NCBI GenBank assembly: GCA_963786955.1
Contig: CAWBAT010000006.1
Coordinates: forward strand, 416,001 to 480,000
DNA from: an uncultured Acidimicrobiia bacterium
GTDB lineage: Bacteria > Acidobacteriota > Terriglobia > Versatilivoradales > Versatilivoraceae
DNA: 64,000 nucleotides
Reading direction: 5' to 3'
The notes under the pieces are model-generated. The model saw only the letters and a list, made by a program, of their open reading frames with translations, searched no databases and was not told the origin of the DNA. This document shows positions 23,530 to 32,332 of the stretch, piece after piece. Position numbers and translations under genes: made by a program. Numbering within the stretch: the first letter of the stretch is position 1; each line of letters begins with the position of its first letter.

Positions 23530-23911
23530 TCACTTCTTTCGTCCAATGGCAATATCGTAGGCATTGAGCGTGACCAGCAAGTTCAGCAATCCGGATACAG
23601 CCATAAAGGTATTTCCATAATCGAAAGAAGGGTTGTGAGCGTTCCCTGCCCCATAACCCCAATTCTTCGCGAAAACATAGGGCAAACCATTACTCACATC
23701 CGCAAAAAAGAACAGCGTCGTAATGAATTCCGTCAGATCCAGATCATGTAATTTTCCCTCCACCACCAAACCCAAACAGAATAAAGACAAGATAGCAAAG
23801 GCAAAAAGCAAGGCTCTGATCCACTTCCCCAGTAATAAATGCCCCAGCCCGGGGAAAAGAAGTCCTCCGAGGACGGAACCAATGATCTTTAACTTGCCTG
23901 GATATAGCCAT
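23530..23911 (-). CDS. Membrane protein, DUF6677-like, indel near start
   Basis: LLFPGLGHLLLGKWIRA...YGNTFMAVSGLLNLLVTLNAYDIA. Confidence 0.7.
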
Positions 23912-23923
23912 TGGGAAATGGAA

Positions 23924-24220
23924 CTAGCCCTTATCTAAACCTCGTAAAAACTGCTGGAAATTTTCTTCCGGAAATTGTTCCAGCAAGAGAACTTTCTGCC
24001 TAGAGAAAACACCGGCCCGAATGGAAATCTTCGACTTCGGCAGGTGGAGCAATCCAGATATCAGACTGATGAGCTCTTCATTGGCTTTGCCATCCACTGG
24101 AGGCGCGGCCAAACGGACTTTCAAGAAATCTCCTTCGATTCCTTGAATCGCGCTAGGCGCCGCTCCCGGCCGAACTTTCACAGAAAAGCTTAGACCCTGA
24201 CGCCCTACCTGGTATTTCAT
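23924..24220 (-). CDS. yggU: DUF167 / YggU family protein
   Basis: VKVRPGA, LKVRLAAPPVDGKANEEL. Confidence 0.9.
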   Translation of the reverse strand: MKYQVGRQGLSFSVKVRPGAAPSAIQGIEGDFLKVRLAAPPVDGKANEELISLISGLLHLPKSKISIRAGVFSRQKVLLLEQFPEENFQQFLRGLDKG

Positions 24221-24243
24221 AAAATCGGGATCCTGTTCCCTTG

Positions 24244-24939
24244 TTATCGTCTCGGTCCAAAGATGGCGGTGCCCAGTCGCACCAAGGTCGCTCCTTCCTC
24301 GATGGCTACTGGAAAATCATGGCTCATTCCCATTGAAAGTTCATTCATCGACACATTTTCAATTCTCAACTCTCCTAGTGTTTCTGCCAAACGACGCAGC
24401 CTGAAAAAATAAGAGCGAACTTCTTCAGGGTCTTCATGGAAGGGAGGAACACACATCAGCCCCCGAATCGACAAATTCCTCAATAGAGCCATTTTTTCCA
24501 CCAGATCGGGGACATCTTCCTCGACGACCCCCGACTTTGAAGGCTCCTTCTCTAGGTTGACTTCAATCAAAACAGGCATTTTCTTCCCAGAAAGTTCACC
24601 GACTCGATTGATCTTCGAAGCCAATTCAATGCTCTCCACTGTGTGAATCCAATCAAAGATTTCAACGGCCTTGTTTACCTTATTTTTTTGTAAGGGTCCA
24701 ATCAGATGGAAGGTATACGGACGCAGATTCAACAGCGGTTTCTTGGCCACTGCTTCTTGAACTCTATTTTCCCCCAAATGTTGAATGCCTGCCTCTAGAG
24801 CGTGGTTAATTCTTTCCGCGTCGATCGTCTTAGAAACAGCTATCAGCTTAATCGCTTCGGGACTTCTTCCGGCTTTGGCCGCAGCTTTTTCAATCGCCTC
24901 GCGAATCTTTTGAACGTTTGCCTGAATATCTATTCCCAT
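24244..24939 (-). CDS. yggS: PLP homeostasis protein YggS/PROSC
   Basis: LIAVSKT, GENRVQE, HLIGPLQKNK, LSMGMSHDF..AIEEGAT.VRLGTAIFG. Confidence 0.95.
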   Translation of the reverse strand: MGIDIQANVQKIREAIEKAAAKAGRSPEAIKLIAVSKTIDAERINHALEAGIQHLGENRVQEAVAKKPLLNLRPYTFHLIGPLQKNKVNKAVEIFDWIHTVESIELASKINRVGELSGKKMPVLIEVNLEKEPSKSGVVEEDVPDLVEKMALLRNLSIRGLMCVPPFHEDPEEVRSYFFRLRRLAETLGELRIENVSMNELSMGMSHDFPVAIEEGATLVRLGTAIFGPRR

Positions 24940-25198
24940 CTGAAACGGCCAATTCCCATCTTTGTCTTTTCGAAGCTCAACCCTCGGCGTGCGCAGCAAA
25001 ACACCCACTCGTCAAAGCGCTTCATCTTACATCATGTCGGGTCGTATCTCCAAACTGACAACGTGCGCTTTCCCCCGCCCTTGTTTGAATCCCGTTGTTA
25101 TGCTACTTTTCAGTCGTTGTTCGTGACCCAATTTCTAAATGCATCAGACCTCTGGATCGGCCGTTCATTTCTTAAAGCCCATATTTGTCGGATGAATC

Positions 25199-25822
25199 AT
25201 GGCACTATTCATATCCTTTGAAGGAATTGACGGATCGGGAAAGTCTACTCAGATCAGGCTGCTAGAGTCCTATCTATGTAAGCAAGGAGTTCCCGTTGTG
25301 GTTGCGCGGGAACCTGGCGGGACAGAAGTGGGAAACACCATTCGCCAAATCTTGCTGCATTCTAAGAATACCCGCTTGAAGCCAATCAGCGAGCTTCTCC
25401 TTTACTACGCCTCACGTTACCAAAATTTACATGAAAAGATCCTGCCCGCCCTTACGGCAGACCAGTGGGTGTTATGCGATCGGTTTGCCGATGCGAGCAT
25501 GGCTTATCAGGGCTATGGTCGCGGAATACGGCTTGATTTTATCCGGCTCTTGGACCAGGAAGTGATCCAGAAGCGTATCCCCGACCTCACCCTCTATATC
25601 GATATAGACCCTCTCATAGGCCTTTCGAGGGCCCGTGGGCGGAATCAACAAAGCCGCCATGATGAAGGAAGATTTGAGAATGAGTCCGTAGAGTTTTTCA
25701 CGAAAGTGAGAGAAGGTTATTTGAGATTGGCGAAAGACAATCCCCTTCGAATCAAAACCATCGATGGGGATCAGTCAATCGAAGCGGTACATCGCGACAT
25801 TCTTTGTCATCTCCCGAAGTAA
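25199..25822 (+). CDS. tmk: Thymidylate kinase
   Basis: FISFEGIDGSGKSTQ, REPGGT, LCDRF..ASMAYQGYGRG. Confidence 0.96.
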   Translation: MALFISFEGIDGSGKSTQIRLLESYLCKQGVPVVVAREPGGTEVGNTIRQILLHSKNTRLKPISELLLYYASRYQNLHEKILPALTADQWVLCDRFADASMAYQGYGRGIRLDFIRLLDQEVIQKRIPDLTLYIDIDPLIGLSRARGRNQQSRHDEGRFENESVEFFTKVREGYLRLAKDNPLRIKTIDGDQSIEAVHRDILCHLPK

Positions 25823-25955
25823 GTTGGGAGCCTGGGTTCTCGCTCGCATCAGAGAGTATTCTTCTTTGCCTTTCTCGGAATCTTCCCGCCCCTAAGATTC
25901 GCCGGTTGCTCATTAAGGGAACACTTTTAAGCCAACAAGTTCAAGTGAACGCAAT

Positions 25956-26973
25956 ATGGGATTCGATCAATTTCAGGGAAACCGCAACGTAGTCGACACC
26001 CTCAAGCTCCAATTAGAGAAAGGGTGTCTGCCCCATTCTCTGCTGTTTTCTGGGATTCAAGGCATAGGCAAAGCAACACTTGCTCTCTACTTGGCCAAAG
26101 CCACCAACTGCCAGACAAACCAAACGGACTTTTGCGATTCCTGCCCAAGCTGCCGGAAAATCGATTCGGGAATGCACCCGGATGTCCGTCTCTATCAGCC
26201 AGACGGGCAATTCATCAAGATTGATCAAATGAGAACCCTTAGTCGAGAAGCATTCTATTATCCTTTCGAAGGACGGCGCCGGGTATTCATGATCGATGAG
26301 GCCGACCGCATGAACCCGGAAGCAGCGAACTCCATCTTGAAAACCCTAGAGGAACCACCTGAAAGCTCGATTTTGATTTTGGTTACGGCCAAACCGAATG
26401 ATTTGCTGCCGACAATTCGATCGCGTTGTCAGCTTTTTCGATTTCTGCCATTACCCCAATCGGAGATGGAGCAACTCTTGTCCAAGCGAGACGACTTGTC
26501 CAGCCAAGATCGTCTTCTAGTTTCCCGAATTGCCGGAGGGAGTGCGGCTACAGCCCTGACGTTTGATTTGCCGACTTACAGAGTACACCGCCAAGAAGTG
26601 ATTCATTTGTTAGAGGCTTGCCTTGGAAAGCTCAGTTATGTTTCTGCTCACAAACAGATCAGTGAAATTCTAGACAAGAGAGCACTCTCCTATTTCGAAG
26701 AAAAAATGCAGATCCTGCAGAGTCTCTTGCGGGATGTCTATTTGCTAAAACTGGACCCCTCTACCCCTTTCCTGATAAATCTGGACCTCGTCGAGACTAC
26801 TGGACAAGCTCGGTCAGTCTACTTCATTGGATCGAATTCAACGTGCCACAAACATTTTATGGCATCTCGAAAGAGGCGCCTCCAGAAACCTCAACAAGAA
26901 TCTGGCTCTCGATCAGTTTGTGTTTGAACTGAGCGGAGAGTATTCTGGCCTGAATCAGAAAAACTTCTCATGA
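25956..26973 (+). CDS. holB: DNA polymerase III delta' subunit, 3' indel
   Basis: HSLLFSG..GIGK, CDSCPSC, HPD, AANSILKTLEEPP, LLPTIRSRC; follows tmk. Confidence 0.93.
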
Positions 26974-27188
26974 GTTCTTGCATCACGCGTCGATCGGAAT
27001 GAGGATGGTTCTTCGGAGTCTTCTTCCTGCTATGCTTTCCCAAACCTCTTTCCGTCCGGTCTGGCTCTAAATGGAGTTTTGATTCTACATCCAAAGGAAC
27101 ACAACGGCTCTCCACGGGACAAAGGCCTGTCAGTTCAACCGAAACTGGAACTTCCCTTTTAGGCGCATGATGCCTCAAGGAATTTCAT

Positions 27189-27357
27189 GTAATGCGTTAG
27201 TTACGGGGGGAAATCTTTAAGGGCAAGGCCTTCGGTGACGATTTGAGGTTGTCGCTTCTGTAGCGGCTGAGTGGGTAGGGACGGACCGCCGGGCCGTCCG
27301 CGGCGCGCTCGGCGAGCGCGCCCTACCAGAAATTCCCCCCGATAACTAACGCATAAC
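27189..27357. mobile_element. MITE copy 2 (~169 bp) containing a GTAG REP doublet
   Basis: TIRs GTAATGCGTTAGTTACGGGGGGAAAT / AATTCCCCCCGATAACTAACGCATAAC; perfect 8-bp TSD AATTTCAT at 27181-27188 and 27358-27365. Confidence 0.9.
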
Positions 27358-27476
27358 AATTTCATCAAGTTTCTCCTTGTTGCGGCTATGGAATTATGTT
27401 AATTTTTTTTAAACAGTAGTCCGGTGATGTCCGGAGAGGAATATTCCCCCTTCGGTTTTCGCTCGAGCCTCTTATT

Positions 27477-27589
27477 GTTATCCAAAAGAATTGTCTACCC
27501 GCTGAATCCTTCACTTCGGGAGATTCCCCCGGGCAAGGAAGACCCAAGATCGTCGAACCGCTTCAGAGTAGCAGAGTGCCTTGGATAAC
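27477..27589 (+). ncRNA. Candidate structured RNA (long irregular hairpin) in the hfq-like leader
   Basis: Nested complementary segments GTTATCCAA/TTGGATAAC, CTAC/GTAG, CTGAA/TTCAG, TTCGG/TCGAA, GATT/GATC, GGG/CCC; family not recognised. Confidence 0.35.
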
Positions 27590-27666
27590 CTCTTTCCTAG
27601 ATGTTAATTGATATTCTTGGCGGGAGGGCAATGATAACCATGAGACAAAAACCAGAGCATGATTTC

Positions 27667-27975
27667 ATGAACAGAAGACTGATTCGGCCTTCGCTTGCTG
27701 ATATCAAAGAGAAGATGACGGTGCGTTCTCAAAAAAAGAAACCGTCTCCCCAAGAGCAAACCAATGCAGAGAGCTTCTATTACCTGAAACAAATGCAGAA
27801 TCGCACTCCGATGGTCATCTTGTTGCAAGATGGCCAGCAGTTGAGGGGGATTATCGAGTGGTATGACAAGAACTGCATTAAGGTAAACCGAGAGGCCGAA
27901 CCCAATCTGCTTGTGTATAAACACTGCATTCGCTACATGTACAAAGAGAACGAAGACAAGAATAGTGACGAATGA
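27667..27975 (+). CDS. Hfq-like (Sm fold) RNA chaperone
   Basis: YLKQMQNRTPMVILLQDGQQLRGIIEWYDKNCIKV...LLVYKHCIRYM (Sm1/Sm2 with YKH); start could be 27631 or 27667. Confidence 0.8.
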   Translation: MNRRLIRPSLADIKEKMTVRSQKKKPSPQEQTNAESFYYLKQMQNRTPMVILLQDGQQLRGIIEWYDKNCIKVNREAEPNLLVYKHCIRYMYKENEDKNSDE

Positions 27976-27978
27976 TGG

Positions 27979-29121
27979 TTGTCCCGCATGAGATTGTCAC
28001 CGGGGTTGCGCCGCGTTCTAGGCAGTTGTGTATGGCTGCTGATTGGGTATAGCCAGATCCGCTGTAATGAAAAGCCTGTTCCTGGGGGCGCTCCGCCTTT
28101 CTCTTATGCCTATGTGACAAACCTCGGGAACCACACGGTTTCGGTCATTGACTTACATTCTTTCAAGAATATTAAGACGATTCCCGTTGGGAAATCCCCT
28201 GACCGGATCGTGGCTAGCCCCGTGGCCGACCTGCTCTTGGCGGCCAATCTTGAATCCTCCTCCATCAGTGCAATTGATTCCAAGAATCAGGTCGTCAAAA
28301 AGAACCTGACCGTTGGAAGAGATCCGATCGACATCACCTTCTCCCCCGACGGACGATTCGCGTATGTCGCTTGTTATAGCTCCAATCTCGTCGCGGTCAT
28401 TGATTGCCAATCTCTCAATGTTGTCCGGAATATCAAGACCCAACGTGGCCCCGTTTCCCTCAAATTTTCAGACATCCAAAAGAAGCTGTGGGTCGTGCAT
28501 CAAGTGGAGAACACCGTTGGCATTATTGACCTGATACAGCTGACAATGGTCGACTCAATTCCATTGCCAAAAGGCCCCTATGGTCTGATTTTTTTGCCGG
28601 ATGACTCCAAGCTTTTCGTGGGCAGTTCCGCGACGGACACGGTAACGGCAATCGATGTCAAAAACCAGAAGCTAATCTCGACACTGTTTTCCGGGAGAAC
28701 CCCGTTGCAGATGGTCATGAAACCTGACGGTGGAGAAATTTATGTCAACAACTTCGATGCGGATTCCGTCACGATCATCAACACGGCTACTTGTGAGTTG
28801 AATGGGTCCTTCACCGTCGGCAAAAATCCAATCTGTGGGGTGATTTCAAGAGATGGAAATAGGCTTTACGTCGCCAACCATGGTTCGAACACGGTCTCTG
28901 TCCTGGACCCCCCGAATGGCCGTCAGGTTATCGCCTCGATTGCCGTCGGGATGCATCCCGAAACCGTTGCTCTGACGCCTGACGATCTTTTTCTCTTTGT
29001 CCTGAATTCCGGCTCTAACGATGTCTCCGTTATTCGTACGGATCTAATCCAGCCAGGAAATAGTGCCTTGTATGCGGTTATCCCCACGGGAGCAAATCCG
29101 TCATCGATCGCCATCAAGTAA
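27979..29121 (+). CDS. YVTN/YncE beta-propeller repeat protein, probably exported
   Basis: Repeats AYVTNLGNHTVSVID..TIPVGKSP, FSPDGRFAYVA, LYVANHGSNTVSVLD. Confidence 0.9.
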   Translation: MSRMRLSPGLRRVLGSCVWLLIGYSQIRCNEKPVPGGAPPFSYAYVTNLGNHTVSVIDLHSFKNIKTIPVGKSPDRIVASPVADLLLAANLESSSISAIDSKNQVVKKNLTVGRDPIDITFSPDGRFAYVACYSSNLVAVIDCQSLNVVRNIKTQRGPVSLKFSDIQKKLWVVHQVENTVGIIDLIQLTMVDSIPLPKGPYGLIFLPDDSKLFVGSSATDTVTAIDVKNQKLISTLFSGRTPLQMVMKPDGGEIYVNNFDADSVTIINTATCELNGSFTVGKNPICGVISRDGNRLYVANHGSNTVSVLDPPNGRQVIASIAVGMHPETVALTPDDLFLFVLNSGSNDVSVIRTDLIQPGNSALYAVIPTGANPSSIAIK

Positions 29122-29168
29122 TGAATTGACGCCACGGTAAGAACGGAAACCCAAGCTGAGATCATTCT

Positions 29169-30068
29169 GTGACCGCTTTGGGTTACAGATCAGGACGGTG
29201 TATGCAAGCCAGTTCCAAGACAACCCTTCGCCAACTATTGAGCCGAGATCAGATTTTGGTAGCCCCCGCTTCTTACGATATGGTTTCGGCCAGACTGATT
29301 GAGCGCGCAGGTTTCGAGGCCGTCTACCTTTCAGGTTACGGCCATTCCGCCTCCCACCTGGGCTTGCCTGATGCAGGCTTAATTTGTTTCTCCGAGATGC
29401 TCGAGCGATTGCATCATCTGGTTTCCGCGGTGGGCATCCCGGTCATTGCCGACGGGGATACGGGTTTCGGAGGAGTTCTCAATATCCGCAGAACCATTCA
29501 GGAGTATGAGGGGGCCGGAGCACAGGCGATTCAAATCGAAGATCAGGAGATCCCCAAAAAATGCGGTCATACATCCGGCAAGCGCCTGGTCGCCACCGAA
29601 GAGATGATCAAAAAAATTGAAGCGGCGGTGGCTTCCCGACGGAGTGACCGCTTGATGATTATCGCCCGGACCGACGCCGTCTCCGTGCAGGGTTTTGACG
29701 AGGCCGTGCGCCGAGCGCGTCATTATCGGGCGGCTGGCGCCGACATCCTGTTCATTGAATCACCGACCACATTAGACCAACTTCGGCAAATTCCGCAATT
29801 GCTCGAAAGCCCCATCATGATCAATCAAATCGAAGGCGGGAAAACGCCCATTTTGACCGTTCAGGAACTGGAGGCCATGGGCTACAAGCTGGTCGCCTAT
29901 GCTTTGACGACTCTGATGGCATCGGTACGCGCAATGCAACGTGTTTTGAAAAGCTTGCGGAAGAACGGCGCCCCCCAAAGTTATGCCGATGAGATCACCA
30001 GTTTCGATGAACTCGATGAATTGTTAGGTTTTCCTGAAGCGAGAGAGTGGGAAAAACGTTTCCGGTGA
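29169..30068 (+). CDS. Isocitrate lyase/PEP mutase superfamily enzyme (PrpB / 2,3-dimethylmalate lyase-like)
   Basis: LGLPDAGL, ADGDTGFGG, QIEDQ..PKKCGH, IIARTDA; probable start ATG 29202. Confidence 0.9.
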   Translation: MTALGYRSGRCMQASSKTTLRQLLSRDQILVAPASYDMVSARLIERAGFEAVYLSGYGHSASHLGLPDAGLICFSEMLERLHHLVSAVGIPVIADGDTGFGGVLNIRRTIQEYEGAGAQAIQIEDQEIPKKCGHTSGKRLVATEEMIKKIEAAVASRRSDRLMIIARTDAVSVQGFDEAVRRARHYRAAGADILFIESPTTLDQLRQIPQLLESPIMINQIEGGKTPILTVQELEAMGYKLVAYALTTLMASVRAMQRVLKSLRKNGAPQSYADEITSFDELDELLGFPEAREWEKRFR

Positions 30069-30202
30069 AAGGAATCTCGAAGAACGCAAAATCATTCCTG
30101 GAATGGGATGAGTCGGTTCCAGGACGTCTCAAGTTTTATCCAAAGAATTAAACATCAGTCTTTGGGTTTCATTCTTGCTCTTCCCATCCATTCATAGATT
30201 CG

Positions 30203-31243
30203 ATGATGAATCGACGGCAATTCATGCATACTTCACTCTCACTCTGTACGGCCGGGAGGCTAGCGGCAGAGGGTTCCGTGCCGGTCGAGGGTTCCTCACA
30301 TAAAGAGGTCCATACCGTGCTTGGCCCCATTGAAGCAAGAAGACTCGGCCTAACGCTTATTCACGAACACATTTTGGTTGATTTCATCGGGGCAGACAAG
30401 GTCCATCCGGACCGCTATGATTCAGTTGAGGTGCAGAAAGTAGTCCTCCCTCATCTCCTGCAACTCTATAGTGCAGGGTGCCGTACCGTGGTTGAATGTA
30501 CACCGGCTTACATGGGCCGCGACCCGGAACTTCTTAAGAAACTTTCTAAGGCCAGCGGTCTCCATTTGATCACAAACACGGGTATCTATGGTGCCGCCGA
30601 CGACAAATTTGTGCCCGTATTCGCCCAGCGGGAATCGGCGGAAGACCTAGCCCAACGCTGGACTCAAGAATTTGAAAAAGGGATCGATCAGACCGGGGTT
30701 TGCCCAGGGATTATTAAAATTGGAATTGATCCGGGGCCTCTTTCGAAAATAGATGCCAAATTGGTACGGGCAGCGGCGTGGACACATCGGAATACAGGCT
30801 TATCCATCGCCACCCATTGCGGGGACGGCACCGCCGCCTTGGAGGCAATAGAAATACTAAAGGAAGCACGGGTTGCCCCCGATGCATTTGTCTGGGTGCA
30901 TGCACAGGCTGAGAAGGATAGAAATCTGCACCTGATGGCCGCTCGAGAAGGCGCCTGGCTGGAATTTGACGGCGTTGGCAAGGAAACCATGGAACAACAT
31001 CGAGACCTCCTCTGGACGATGAAATCCTACCATCTTCTCAGCAAGGTGTTGATTTCCCAAGACGCCGGTTGGTATCACGTCGGTGAAGCCAGTGGAGGTA
31101 GTTTTCGTTCTTACGAATTCCTGTTCGAGCAATTCGTTCCGTACCTGCGGCGGGCAGGGATTTTACCGGGCGAGATTCAGCAATTGCTAACCGACAATCC
31201 ACGACAAGTCCTGACTCCAAAAGTGAGAAAACCAATTCTATGA
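30203..31243 (+). CDS. Phosphotriesterase-family amidohydrolase with Tat signal
   Basis: NRRQF twin-arginine motif; TLIHEHI, GRDP, GIIKIG, ATH, WVHA, ISQDAGW metal-site motifs. Confidence 0.9.
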   Translation: MMNRRQFMHTSLSLCTAGRLAAEGSVPVEGSSHKEVHTVLGPIEARRLGLTLIHEHILVDFIGADKVHPDRYDSVEVQKVVLPHLLQLYSAGCRTVVECTPAYMGRDPELLKKLSKASGLHLITNTGIYGAADDKFVPVFAQRESAEDLAQRWTQEFEKGIDQTGVCPGIIKIGIDPGPLSKIDAKLVRAAAWTHRNTGLSIATHCGDGTAALEAIEILKEARVAPDAFVWVHAQAEKDRNLHLMAAREGAWLEFDGVGKETMEQHRDLLWTMKSYHLLSKVLISQDAGWYHVGEASGGSFRSYEFLFEQFVPYLRRAGILPGEIQQLLTDNPRQVLTPKVRKPIL

Positions 31244-32085
31244 ATACGGCGAAGACACTGACCAAATTTTACAAGGACCCGGACTTTATCAACTCACCTG
31301 ACGCAAGAACATTGAGACTCCTCTCCGAATATCTGGGACCGATGTCAAGCTTTCACCGGGAGAAGATAAAAGATACCATTGTATTTTTCGGATCTGCGCG
31401 AGCAATTCCCCTCGCGCAAGCAGAAGCTGAATATCAGAACCTTCTGAGAAATCAGCCCAATCCAGATCAGTTTGGTGAACGTAAACTTGAGATCGCCAAA
31501 ATGAAGGTCCGGCTGGCAAAGTATTATGATGACGCGGTTGAACTTTCTCGGCTCCTGACCGAATGGTCCATGTCTCTCGCCAAGAAGTCGCGACGATTCG
31601 TTGTCTGTTCAGGGGGTGGCCCAGGCATTATGGAAGCAGCCAATCGTGGAGCCCGGCTGGCCGGCGGCAAGACGATTGGACTAAATATCAGCCTCCCTTT
31701 TGAGCAGGAACCCAACGAATATATCTCGAGTGAACTGAGCTTCGAGTTTCACTACTTCTTCATGCGCAAATACTGGTTTGTCTACCTGGCGAAAGCACTG
31801 ATTGTCTTTCCTGGCGGATTTGGCACGATGGATGAACTTATGGAGGTTCTTACACTCGTTCAAACGCATAAGATCAGCAAGAAGATGGTGGTCCTGCTTT
31901 ATGGGGCGCAATATTGGAATGAGCTCATTAATTTTGACGCTCTCGTCCGCTGGGGAACGATCGATTCCGAAGACCTCAAATTGTTTCAATTTGCCGACAG
32001 CCCCCAGGAAGCTTTTAATATTGTGAGTAGTGGCCTGCGACGGGACTACCTGAATCCCTCGCAAAACCCTACGCTCCTTCCCTAG
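31240..32085 (+). CDS. LOG family (TIGR00730-like) nucleotide phosphoribohydrolase
   Basis: FFGSAR, GGGPGIMEAANRGA, FHYFFMRK, FPGGFGTMDE. Confidence 0.92.
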   Translation: MNTAKTLTKFYKDPDFINSPDARTLRLLSEYLGPMSSFHREKIKDTIVFFGSARAIPLAQAEAEYQNLLRNQPNPDQFGERKLEIAKMKVRLAKYYDDAVELSRLLTEWSMSLAKKSRRFVVCSGGGPGIMEAANRGARLAGGKTIGLNISLPFEQEPNEYISSELSFEFHYFFMRKYWFVYLAKALIVFPGGFGTMDELMEVLTLVQTHKISKKMVVLLYGAQYWNELINFDALVRWGTIDSEDLKLFQFADSPQEAFNIVSSGLRRDYLNPSQNPTLLP

Positions 32086-32332
32086 ACTAGACTTACGCTT
32101 CACACGACTGGCAGGAGAAGATTTGAAAGAAAACTCCTACCCATAGCCCGACCTGCTCCGCAATAGAGGACCCATTCGGGGCACCTGACTGCAATGAATC
32201 GAATTGTCCAGGAGATACGCTCTTGGAAGCTATTTTCAAAATTTGTATTGTGCGAAGTTGGGATGAGGATGCGCCACACCGCCTGATTCAAAGCGCCATG
32301 CCCATTTCAATCTTTCGCAGATTGGAGACATT

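Noticed and set aside
27520-27550. SRP (4.5S) RNA suggested by GGGCAAGGAAG
   Set aside because: It lacks the conserved CAGG..GNRA..AGCAG symmetric loop. Kept only as an unassigned RNA candidate.
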